From the IMG/VR virus record IMGVR_UViG_3300035501_000471: DNA of 64,000 nt. One strand, written 5' to 3'. Under the pieces are notes generated by a model. That model saw nothing but the letters and a program-made list of their open reading frames with translations. It was not told the DNA's origin and did not search any database. Positions 10,827 to 19,681 of the stretch are shown piece by piece. The translations under genes were made by a program, and so were the position numbers. The first letter of the stretch is position 1, and every line of letters starts with the position of its first letter. The DNA comes from a virus (Duplodnaviria; Caudoviricetes).

Positions 10827-11177
10827 CTATTTATTATTATTTATGTCATCTGGATCAAAGTAACGAAAACCTTGAAAACCTTTATATGGGATTTTTTCAT
10901 CTAAATAATGAAATTTCCCACTACGTTCAATAAAGTTTCCCTTAAATTTTCTACCTGTTGTTGTACAAGTGAATTCCTTTGTTGAAAAACCACATATAGT
11001 CATCCAACCCTTAATGAAACCTTTGTGAACAATATAACATCTATCACCTTCTTTGACCTTAGTGGGGAAATTACTTACCTTGAAGTTTAATATCTCTCCC
11101 CTCTCCGCCGCCTTTAGTTCTTCCTTATAATCTTCCCAATCATAATTAGATGGATAAGAGATAATGATTGCATTCAT
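10827..11177 (-). CDS. Hypothetical protein (possibly PUA/ASCH-like)
   Basis: 116-aa ORF, KEGDRCYIV...IPYKGFQGFRYF. Confidence 0.6.
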   Translation of the reverse strand: MNAIIISYPSNYDWEDYKEELKAAERGEILNFKVSNFPTKVKEGDRCYIVHKGFIKGWMTICGFSTKEFTCTTTGRKFKGNFIERSGKFHYLDEKIPYKGFQGFRYFDPDDINNNK

Positions 11178-11634
11178 TGATAAAATCTATTGTTTCTTTG
11201 TCACTATTTTCAAATGTTCGACCATAAATTTCGTAAGTCATATCAAGTAATTTCTTTTTAATAGAAGAAACTGATACAAAATCTTTCTCTTTTATGATTT
11301 TCTTAGCATCCTTTACGATTTGTTTAAGAATTTTGATGTCATTTTTAGATATAACTGACAAAAATCCATCATCCTTAAAAGATTTGTTGAATTTAGAAAC
11401 TAATTTCTTGAGGTCTTCATAATTTTGGATTTCAGTTTCATCCGGTTCTTCAATGACATATTCTTCGACAACCACCTTATTAAAATCAACAAAAGTCGTT
11501 AAAGTAGAGACAACCTTATTATCAGACTGTTTAATCAAATGTGAACCAGCACGAGTATCATTTTTACCATATCCTCGGTATTCACATATCATTCTTTTTA
11601 CCAGTTTATTTTTTGAATATTTGTCTTTTACCAT
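11146..11634 (-). CDS. Hypothetical protein
   Basis: 162-aa ORF coupled to the MTase stop via ATGGTAA overlap. Confidence 0.65.
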   Translation of the reverse strand: MVKDKYSKNKLVKRMICEYRGYGKNDTRAGSHLIKQSDNKVVSTLTTFVDFNKVVVEEYVIEEPDETEIQNYEDLKKLVSKFNKSFKDDGFLSVISKNDIKILKQIVKDAKKIIKEKDFVSVSSIKKKLLDMTYEIYGRTFENSDKETIDFINECNHYLLSI

Positions 11635-13277
11635 AATTCTTCGTTTTTTTCTAAGTTCAACCCTTCATCAGCTGGGTAATCTTCTTGTAAATGGTCAACA
11701 TAAATCTGAGCTCGTTCTTGTGGCATGTAATAACTCTCATCAGGTTCATCCTCAAGATAGTCATTGTATTCCGTTTTCAATTTAATCTTCTCCGGAAATT
11801 CATAGTAGGGATTTGGTTCATCATCTGTTTTAAGAATAGAAATCATAAAAATTCGTTCTCTATTTTGAGGAATACCATAATCCTTAGCATTTAACACCTG
11901 ATAGAAATTCACATATCCATAAGACTCCAACTCTTTACACCATTTTTGAAACAAGTGAATGAATTTGTCAGAAACAAGAGCTTTCACATTTTCAAACAAA
12001 AGATATTTAGGTCTTTTCTTAATGATTGTTTTTCGACATTCCCACAAGAGAGATGAACGTGTACCAGAACCTTCAGTACCTCCAAGTTGTAATCCCGCTT
12101 GTGAAAAATCAGTACAATTATGGACAATACAACCATTAGCGGTATATGAATTATCTTTATCAACCTCCATGTTATATACCTCTACTTGACTATCACCACC
12201 AGAGGATATTTGTTTTACAGGACTCCAAAAATAACCATCCTCATAGAAACCATATTTTTCAAGGTCTATCCAACATAATTTCCACTTACCACCATCTTCA
12301 TTAATGATATATGGTTTTTGGTATGACTTCGCAACACACTGAGCTAACTCATATATGAATTTTCTGTTAGTTGAATATATACTACCTTTAATACTATGAT
12401 CCATTAAAGAAAATTCCTCACTTTCAATAATACCATGTAATACTTCTTTCTGAAATTTAATAGGTAGGTTGAGAATGTCACTGGTTAGATGTTTCTCTGA
12501 CTCCGATGAACCAAATGTCTTAAAATAATCTACAACTTTTTCGACATCATATTTCTTAGCCGTGTCAGTCTCTATAAAACTGTAATAATACTCACCAAAT
12601 TCCTTAGCTAATTCAGAGTTATCATTTCCCCAATTTCGACCAAGGAACATACCTAAAACAAACCAGAATGTATCTATCTTAAAATGTGTGTTTAATCCTG
12701 TTACTCTTGGTAATTTGGATTCATTATTGATAGCCACACCTACATAATCAGTAACTTGTAAATCTTGAGCATATTTCCACTTAGGTTTTTTCTTACCCAA
12801 ATTTTCTTTTACATAAAATGGGTGTGTTGGAGTACATTTAATTTCATCAGAGTTGGTTGTTGTGACTTTAATTATAACACCACCATGAGTTTTAGACATA
12901 GGTGCTAAGACCTTACGATATTTGTTCTTATGTGTCAATACCTCATCATCACAAGTAATATCTTCAATACATTTCATACCATTCTTAGTCATAACAAATG
13001 TACCCGCAACAAAACAAGGTGAACTATATGTGAACAAATCAAAATCAGGAACATTATCCCAATCTATCTTACTAATATCACCATAGTTCCTGTCTTTCCA
13101 TTGAGGAAACAGTGCATCATGAGCTTGGATGGCATACTTATCTATCTCACTCCAACCAACAAGGTCATAATCAAAGTCATATTTTTCTTTTAGAGTATTG
13201 AGAGCCATACATTGACTATCATAACCTGAGAAAGCTGTGAATACTCTTAATGGATGTTTCTTGTTAAATTCTACCAT
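11628..13277 (-). CDS. DNA cytosine-C5 methyltransferase, large subunit (motifs I-VIII), intein-containing
   Basis: FSGYDS (I), SEID (II), GDI (III), SP|C (IV, interrupted), ENV (VI), QNRERIF (VIII); motifs IX-X absent. Confidence 0.9.
   Translation of the reverse strand: MVEFNKKHPLRVFTAFSGYDSQCMALNTLKEKYDFDYDLVGWSEIDKYAIQAHDALFPQWKDRNYGDISKIDWDNVPDFDLFTYSSPCFVAGTFVMTKNGMKCIEDITCDDEVLTHKNKYRKVLAPMSKTHGGVIIKVTTTNSDEIKCTPTHPFYVKENLGKKKPKWKYAQDLQVTDYVGVAINNESKLPRVTGLNTHFKIDTFWFVLGMFLGRNWGNDNSELAKEFGEYYYSFIETDTAKKYDVEKVVDYFKTFGSSESEKHLTSDILNLPIKFQKEVLHGIIESEEFSLMDHSIKGSIYSTNRKFIYELAQCVAKSYQKPYIINEDGGKWKLCWIDLEKYGFYEDGYFWSPVKQISSGGDSQVEVYNMEVDKDNSYTANGCIVHNCTDFSQAGLQLGGTEGSGTRSSLLWECRKTIIKKRPKYLLFENVKALVSDKFIHLFQKWCKELESYGYVNFYQVLNAKDYGIPQNRERIFMISILKTDDEPNPYYEFPEKIKLKTEYNDYLEDEPDESYYMPQERAQIYVDHLQEDYPADEGLNLEKNEELW
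12117..13016 (-). mobile_element. 300-aa intein with degenerate LAGLIDADG region, inserted before the catalytic Cys
   Basis: Begins CFVAGT, block B CTPTHPF, ends VYNMEV...ANGCIVHN|C; endonuclease blocks decayed (LGMFLGRN, LHGIIESE). Confidence 0.92.
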
Positions 13278-13495
13278 AAAACGTCATCTTGTTGTTTAGG
13301 TTTATGAATAAATAATTTTTCAAACATATTGGACATACAATTAACAACTATAGAATTACCATACATATTACAAAGTTGAGTATGTGAAATTCCACAGTTG
13401 GTCATTATATCAATATCTTCTTCCTTAACACCCATTAATCTTCCTATTTCTTTGGGTGTTAATTTTCTAATTCGATAATATTTTTTCTTAATCAT
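13271..13495 (-). CDS. C5-MTase small subunit 1 (motifs IX-X only)
   Basis: RIRKLTPKEIGRLMG and YGNSIVVNCM; own promoter-like motif at 13500-13513. Confidence 0.8.
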   Translation of the reverse strand: MIKKKYYRIRKLTPKEIGRLMGVKEEDIDIMTNCGISHTQLCNMYGNSIVVNCMSNMFEKLFIHKPKQQDDVLW

Positions 13496-13513
13496 AATGT
13501 AAAGATAACAAAA

Positions 13514-14047
13514 TTAAAAGAGTGATGTTTCCGGATTGTTAGATTTTTGACAGAATAATTTTTTGAATATCTCTGACATCACATTTACACATATTGAATT
13601 ACCAGCTAACTTTTTACATTGGGTTTTTGGAACTGTATTTAACAAAGTTTCAACGTCATCATCACACACACCCATTAGTTTGAATGTTTCTCGATTGGTC
13701 AATTCCCTAACTTTGTAATTCCTATCCCACACATAATTATCAGTAGAGAATGTGGTTAAGGTATTGGAAAACCCTTGGTCTGTGACATCTAAATATTTAC
13801 CTCTACCAAACTTAATCCCACTGTCACCATATAACCGTCTTAACCTTTTTTCTTCATCAGTTCGTTTTATTTTTAATATCTGAGGTGGTTTTATGTTGTC
13901 ATTAAATATATAAACATTATCACCTTCAACTGTGCAACATATGTTCAATGAATTTTTAAGATATTTCCTTTTCTCAAATTCATCCTTTTTCAAATATAGA
14001 CTGTCATCAACATTATATTCAATTATGTCATCTAAACTTTGTCGCAT
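13514..14047 (-). CDS. C5-MTase small subunit 2 (putative TRD plus motifs IX-X)
   Basis: SNTLTT (TRD TL dipeptide), RELTNRETFKLMG, AGNSICVNVM. Confidence 0.8.
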   Translation of the reverse strand: MRQSLDDIIEYNVDDSLYLKKDEFEKRKYLKNSLNICCTVEGDNVYIFNDNIKPPQILKIKRTDEEKRLRRLYGDSGIKFGRGKYLDVTDQGFSNTLTTFSTDNYVWDRNYKVRELTNRETFKLMGVCDDDVETLLNTVPKTQCKKLAGNSICVNVMSEIFKKLFCQKSNNPETSLF

Positions 14048-14137
14048 GGTCTCACCTCTTTAACTTCCCAACTTCGGTCAAAAATGTTATGGTAAAATAT
14101 CACTTTATATGGTTCTTGACCAACATATATAATCTTA

Positions 14138-14998
14138 CTAAAATAAGGGGACTTCTCCATCTTCTTTTTTCGTTTTTTCTTTCTTGTTTACATTATATGA
14201 TACCTTACCATCATACTTTTCAACTATATTCAACCGTTCCATAATAATCTTATAGTATTCTTCACTGATTTCACTACCAATATATTTTCGATTATTTAGA
14301 ATACACATCTTGGCCGTTGTTCCTGAACCCATAAAAGGATCGTAAACAATATCACCAGCATTACTCCAAGATAATATATGGTCTTGTGCTAACTGTTCGG
14401 GAAAGACCGCTGGATGACCTGTTCTATCTTTTTCACATGATGTAGTATAAGTCCAGATGTTATTCCTCAATGAAAACTCAGGAACGGGTTTTATCTTATT
14501 ATCCCTCTCATCCTTTCCATCTTTACTATAATATGTTAGTTTTCCCCAGTTCGTATGACCAGCCCATTTGTTTGGTTTATCACACAACAAATGTATGTCA
14601 TTCCTAATCTTACCCTTAGTGAAAACAAACATATATTCAAAAATCTGAGTATATCTTTTTGAATCTGGTTTGGCCGGAAATGCTGATGAATTTTTTTGAT
14701 ATATCATAGTATCATGTAACAGAAATCCACAATCCATAAAATAAAGAGCTTGTCTAAATGAAGTTCCTGTTTCTGTTCCACCTATAGTCGCATCACCAAC
14801 TACCCATACTAAAACTCCACCGGGTTTAAGAATACGGTATAATTCATGAGCAAGAGTATCAAATTCAAATGTATATCCATTATAATTCCTCAAAGAATCA
14901 TATGGGGGAGAAGTGACAACCAAATCAACAAAGTTATCACTGATACGTTTACACGTATCGACATTACTCTCATTATATATAGTATTTACTTCAATCAT
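14138..14998 (-). CDS. DNA N4-C/N6-A methyltransferase, beta class
   Basis: TSPPY, HPAVFP, DPFMGSGTT. Confidence 0.92.
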   Translation of the reverse strand: MIEVNTIYNESNVDTCKRISDNFVDLVVTSPPYDSLRNYNGYTFEFDTLAHELYRILKPGGVLVWVVGDATIGGTETGTSFRQALYFMDCGFLLHDTMIYQKNSSAFPAKPDSKRYTQIFEYMFVFTKGKIRNDIHLLCDKPNKWAGHTNWGKLTYYSKDGKDERDNKIKPVPEFSLRNNIWTYTTSCEKDRTGHPAVFPEQLAQDHILSWSNAGDIVYDPFMGSGTTAKMCILNNRKYIGSEISEEYYKIIMERLNIVEKYDGKVSYNVNKKEKTKKEDGEVPLF

Positions 14999-15090
14999 AA
15001 CCTAAACATAACAAAAAAAAGTAGACCATTTGTTATATCATATAATATACTTAGAATTTTTTGTTATCTTTAAAGTAAATTAATTATAAA

Positions 15091-15822
15091 ATGAAGAAGA
15101 TAGTAACTTTTATATCAGACACACATGGTTTTACTACTAAACTAAATGAATTGATCAATAAGTCTTTACAAACAGAAAATGTTGATCATGGAGATATTAT
15201 TATATGTAGTGGTGACTGTATGACATCAGGTTATCACACTATGGAATTGACTACTTTTTTGTCATGGTTCTCTAAGTTACCATATACATATAAAGTGTTT
15301 ACACCCGGTAATCATGATAGATATTTAGAATCTATTGGGGTTGATATGTCTAAGTCTATTTTTGAAACTCCTGAATACTTTGATATGGGTGTGAGATATG
15401 TTCAAAATGAATTACTTGAACTTGATTTTGATGGAGAAATTCTAAAATTATATGGAACTGGCGATCAACCTAAGTTTTGTAACTGGGCATTTAATAGGGA
15501 TTCCGAAGAATTAATTTTTAGTTATTCTAATATTCCAGATGGTATAGATATTTTGATTACTCATTGTCCTCCGTTTGGTATTTTGGACTGTTCTCATGTT
15601 CCTAATCCATATCGAAATACTACTGGTGAAGAACATTTGGGGAGTGAGGAACTATTGGATCGATTAAATACTATAATAAATCCACCTAAATATCACGTGT
15701 TTGGACATATTCATGGTGATGGTGGTAAAATTATTGAACAAAGTGGTATTACTTTTATCAATGCATCTGTTTGTGATGAAAGTTATAGACCTAAAAATGA
15801 AATAAAAACAGTGAGAATTTGA
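15091..15822 (+). CDS. Calcineurin-like metallophosphoesterase
   Basis: SDTHG, SGD, GNHD, THCPP, GHIH. Confidence 0.9.
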   Translation: MKKIVTFISDTHGFTTKLNELINKSLQTENVDHGDIIICSGDCMTSGYHTMELTTFLSWFSKLPYTYKVFTPGNHDRYLESIGVDMSKSIFETPEYFDMGVRYVQNELLELDFDGEILKLYGTGDQPKFCNWAFNRDSEELIFSYSNIPDGIDILITHCPPFGILDCSHVPNPYRNTTGEEHLGSEELLDRLNTIINPPKYHVFGHIHGDGGKIIEQSGITFINASVCDESYRPKNEIKTVRI

Positions 15823-15840
15823 TTTTTCTCACTGTTTTTT
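15804..15840. terminator. Bidirectional terminator
   Basis: aaaaacagtgagaa...ttctcactgttttt. Confidence 0.7.
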
Positions 15841-15846
15841 ATTATA

Positions 15847-18003
15847 TTAAACAAATGCATAATAAAAGTCTGGGGCACTATCTTTTATATATTGTTGAGT
15901 TGGTGTAAATTTTTCTCCTTCTTTCTTACCCCATAAAGAGGTTACGGTTAGTCGCTGATATACAGTTGATGACAATGCAGAATAATTATTTGCATAAAGT
16001 TCGTATACATTTCTATAAGTGAAATTATTACTTGATGGTGGTATTAATTGAATACATCCTGATTTAAATACATGGTTTGTATATGTTGAATATATATACA
16101 CGTACCCTCCAGATAAACCAGTATGTACTGTAACATTACGTATGGCATACATAGGTGTTGATGTATTATTAGAATTAGAATAATTACCCAATCCAGTATA
16201 GCATATATCATCATCAAATTTACAAAAAGAGATATTACTACCTTCTTTAAGGTTATTTTTCACCGTAGTCCATGAAGTATATTTAGTTATTGTACTATCA
16301 GAATTTATGTCATGATTAACAAATCCTAACCAATCATATATACAATTTTTCCCAAACGTGTTAGAGTAGCAATATTGTCCAAACGTGTTATAGTGGCAAG
16401 ATTGTCCAAACGTGTTATAGTAGCAATATTGTCCAAACGTGTTATAGTAGCAATATTGTCCAAACGTGTTAGAGTAGCAATATTGTCCAAACGTGTTATA
16501 GCGGCAATCTTGTCCAAACGTGTTAGAGTAGCAAGATTGTCCAAACGTGTTAGAGTAGCAATATTGTCCAAACGTGTTAGAGTAGCAATATTGTCCAAAC
16601 GTGTTATAGTAGCAAGATTGTCCAAACGTGTTATAGTAGCAATATTGTCCAAACGTGTTATAGTAGCAAGATTGTCCAAACGTGTTATAGTAGCAATATT
16701 GTCCAAACGTGTTAGAGTAGCAATATTGTCCAAACGTGTTATAGTAGCAAGATTGTCCAAACGTGTTATAGCGGCAATCTTGTCCAAACGTGTTAGAGTA
16801 GCAATAATTACCTAATGTCATTCCATAACAATCTTCTTCTATCACATTATCATGTACACTATATAAAAATCCTAAAAACGTTTCGGGTGAAGTATCTTCA
16901 TTAGTGTCATCTTGTGCATATGCGATACCCGTAGCATCACTACATCTATTGTCATATTTAGTAAATACAATATTATTTAATTTTAAAACATTGTATACAA
17001 CATCATCATCATAACATACAAGAACATGATATGGTTTTATAATATTATTATATGGGCAAGACGTTTCATACTCACCATATGCACCATATGAGGTACCATA
17101 TATTTCATCCTCATATATATGGTTCATATTTTGTGATATTTGTCTTTCATATAAAGATGCATCCGAAAACATAAATTGTGAATCAGTAAAACAATTATTA
17201 AATGTGTAACAATAAGTCCACATTGATGTATCATATTTAAATATATAATTGTTTTTATGTGCAAAAAAAGGATATCTACCGGGTGAACAATTTGTAGTAA
17301 ACTTGGACCAATCATTACCAAATTCATCATCTAATGTGTTACTACCATATATGTCATCACAAAACATATCAGTAGGTAATAATATTTTTTCAGTAGGTTT
17401 AGTATAATTACAACCAGTTACTTTATATCGTTTAAATAATATATTTTTAAAATCATATGGTGCCTCATTACCAAATTCATCTTTCATGTAATAAATAACA
17501 CCTTTACCAGCACTATCTGCCCAGTAAAATCTGTTGGTGTCATTATCTAAACAATATTTTAATTCCCAAGCTTCTAATTTTGAATTATTAAAATACTCTA
17601 CACCAACATTATATATTGTATATATTTCAGGTTTATAATTATAATATCTTGTATTAAATTTAACTGTGGGTGTCGAGTTATAAATCACCCCGGACATATA
17701 ATGTGATTGTATTGCTTTTGCGTCTTCTGAAATCGTGTTTCTTGATAATGCCGTTACAATTATATCAAATTTATGACCTGCTGAAGCCGTTTCTTCCTGA
17801 GAAGTTGTTGTTACATAATCAATTATACGATATTGTTTACCGGGTGTTAGTTTACTACTATCTCTTAAATTAACCAGATCATTATATAAAATTTCTCGAA
17901 TACGCTCTTCTTTATATTTACAATTATCTAAATCAAAATATTGTTGGGCAACACTTACTAATGTATTACTTCCATCAATTATTGTTAATGTTGGATTAGC
18001 CAT
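15847..18003 (-). CDS. Putative tail fibre/adhesin with 9-aa NTFGQxCxx repeats
   Basis: 718-aa ORF: N-terminal LTPGKQYRIIDY/DEFGNEAPYDFKNI region plus tandem repeats of likely beta-solenoid type. Confidence 0.65.
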   Translation of the reverse strand: MANPTLTIIDGSNTLVSVAQQYFDLDNCKYKEERIREILYNDLVNLRDSSKLTPGKQYRIIDYVTTTSQEETASAGHKFDIIVTALSRNTISEDAKAIQSHYMSGVIYNSTPTVKFNTRYYNYKPEIYTIYNVGVEYFNNSKLEAWELKYCLDNDTNRFYWADSAGKGVIYYMKDEFGNEAPYDFKNILFKRYKVTGCNYTKPTEKILLPTDMFCDDIYGSNTLDDEFGNDWSKFTTNCSPGRYPFFAHKNNYIFKYDTSMWTYCYTFNNCFTDSQFMFSDASLYERQISQNMNHIYEDEIYGTSYGAYGEYETSCPYNNIIKPYHVLVCYDDDVVYNVLKLNNIVFTKYDNRCSDATGIAYAQDDTNEDTSPETFLGFLYSVHDNVIEEDCYGMTLGNYCYSNTFGQDCRYNTFGQSCYYNTFGQYCYSNTFGQYCYYNTFGQSCYYNTFGQYCYYNTFGQSCYYNTFGQYCYSNTFGQYCYSNTFGQSCYSNTFGQDCRYNTFGQYCYSNTFGQYCYYNTFGQYCYYNTFGQSCHYNTFGQYCYSNTFGKNCIYDWLGFVNHDINSDSTITKYTSWTTVKNNLKEGSNISFCKFDDDICYTGLGNYSNSNNTSTPMYAIRNVTVHTGLSGGYVYIYSTYTNHVFKSGCIQLIPPSSNNFTYRNVYELYANNYSALSSTVYQRLTVTSLWGKKEGEKFTPTQQYIKDSAPDFYYAFV
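16352..16806. repeat. 27-bp coding tandem repeat, about 17 units
   Basis: Unit tgtccaaacgtgttatagtagcaatat, varying at only a few positions. Confidence 0.95.
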
Positions 18004-18028
18004 AGGGAAATAATTTATGTTATTATAT

Positions 18029-19606
18029 TTAATTATCAGTTTTTATAATAATTGGTGATAATTTATTGACTGTACCTAATTGGGTTTTATCAATTCCATA
18101 TTGGTTTCCATTAACACCAATTACACCACTAACATTCAAAACACCTGTATAAAAATTAGATGTATCTTCTGGTGGTACACAAAGTTCAATTAAACCTTTA
18201 TTCACAAGAATTACTTCTAAAATACAAATACTTTTAATATTAATAGTTGAATCTGTGGATAATATAAATGTTTCACTTTCACAATTTTCAAAATCTAAGA
18301 TGTATTGGTAAGTTCCATCTTCGATATCTACTGATTGTATATTATCTTCATTAGTTAGGGTTATTACACCTTCTGATATTTCATTTTCATATAGATTAAC
18401 TATTATTCTTAAATTAGTATCGACTGAACCCAATTTAAGAGAAATATCACCATTTGTTATATTAATCCACCCATCATTTTGAAAATAAACTTGATTAACA
18501 TTTGTGAAATCAGTTATATAATCATTAAGTTCTATTTCAGTTTCTTCTTTTTCTTTTACTAATATATTATCTTCAGGATATTGTATAATGAAGTCATCTA
18601 TTGTTGGTTCCAGTTCATTAGATATATTAACTGAATCCTCAACTAATATTTTATCATTGGTACAATTTGTGAGAAGTAACATTTCTCCATTAGTAAAAAG
18701 ACTATCCTCTACGAAATATTCTCGTTTTGGATAGATATGTCCATCACTCCAACTAATGAAATTGTATGTATATTCAATACTTTCATCCTTTACATCACTT
18801 ACAACATTTGGACAACATTCAACAACAAAATGATAACCTTCTTTAACGGTTGCATAGTCATTGACCTTATCGGATAACATTGTAGTTTTTTCATCAAACG
18901 TAACTAAGAAATAAGAGTGACGGTTTTTGAAATTAATTTTTATATTATATTCATTTCTTACTCTATAAATGGCATATAAAGTAATATCACTGTCAATAGT
19001 TAATGTGATTTCTCTATCCTTTGATGTATATAAATCATCTAAGTCATAATTATCACAATCATCAGAAATACTATCAAGAGACAACCAACCAACAAATATA
19101 TGTGTTGGTGTATCATAAGCTCTCAAAGTTGTCACATCACCACCATAGAAATATCCTACTTTACCTGTTATAGATGGTTCGATTTCATTAAATTCAGTAT
19201 CTCTGTATAGAACATCGAGTTTATAAGTTTCACGATTATTGAATGAAATACAACCTTTATCTTTTATTTTCTCTGTTTGTAAAGAAGTTATATCATCTGG
19301 CCAAGTATAGGTTTTATAAGGACAACCGAAGACACCGGATAGTTCTAAACTCAATCCTTCCAGTTTAGATAAATCCAGAGCATCTTGATTTTCGATATCA
19401 GACACATACATTTGAAAACATACATTCTGACCTCTTGTTATATTTTTCAGACATGGGACATATAATGAATAACCTTCTTGACAATATGAGGATGAAGAAT
19501 CACATCCACTACCACCAAGGTTTAATATATTTTGAGTAATTGATACACCATTTACTAAGGTTGTAGATGATGAATAATTACCATTTGTATATGTATATGT
19601 TGACAT
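18029..19606 (-). CDS. Putative structural protein
   Basis: 525 aa, beta-rich (FVGW/FISWSDG motifs); CATAAATA at 19633-19640. Confidence 0.6.
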   Translation of the reverse strand: MSTYTYTNGNYSSSTTLVNGVSITQNILNLGGSGCDSSSSYCQEGYSLYVPCLKNITRGQNVCFQMYVSDIENQDALDLSKLEGLSLELSGVFGCPYKTYTWPDDITSLQTEKIKDKGCISFNNRETYKLDVLYRDTEFNEIEPSITGKVGYFYGGDVTTLRAYDTPTHIFVGWLSLDSISDDCDNYDLDDLYTSKDREITLTIDSDITLYAIYRVRNEYNIKINFKNRHSYFLVTFDEKTTMLSDKVNDYATVKEGYHFVVECCPNVVSDVKDESIEYTYNFISWSDGHIYPKREYFVEDSLFTNGEMLLLTNCTNDKILVEDSVNISNELEPTIDDFIIQYPEDNILVKEKEETEIELNDYITDFTNVNQVYFQNDGWINITNGDISLKLGSVDTNLRIIVNLYENEISEGVITLTNEDNIQSVDIEDGTYQYILDFENCESETFILSTDSTINIKSICILEVILVNKGLIELCVPPEDTSNFYTGVLNVSGVIGVNGNQYGIDKTQLGTVNKLSPIIIKTDN

Positions 19607-19632
19607 CTAAATAGTTATCTCTAAGTTTACTA

Positions 19633-19658
19633 TATTTATGAAAAAATTACCATAAATA
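19633..19658. promoter_or_regulatory. Divergent pair of late-promoter-like CATAAATA boxes (representative of about 16 copies)
   Basis: Also at 4426, 6318, 21614, 31286, 32402, 34936, 38556, 42977, 43658, 43695, 43711, 46885, 51550, 56702 and 61415, oriented toward the downstream gene; compare the T4 late box TATAAATA. Confidence 0.8.
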
Positions 19659-19681
19659 AAATAGACAATAATAAAATTGAA

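Noticed and set aside
13271-13277. TAG read-through fusing MTase genes
   Set aside because: Downstream genes start in a different frame within ATGGTAG, and in-frame read-through meets TAA within a few codons.
16352-16806. CRISPR array or DGR template/variable repeat
   Set aside because: Units are contiguous with no unique spacers and are in frame in a CDS. AAC codons are invariant, changes are not adenine-restricted, and no reverse transcriptase is in the window.
16326-16815. Alternative-frame ORFs 16326-16787 (-) and 16375-16815 (+)
   Set aside because: By-products of a stop-free 27-bp repeat.
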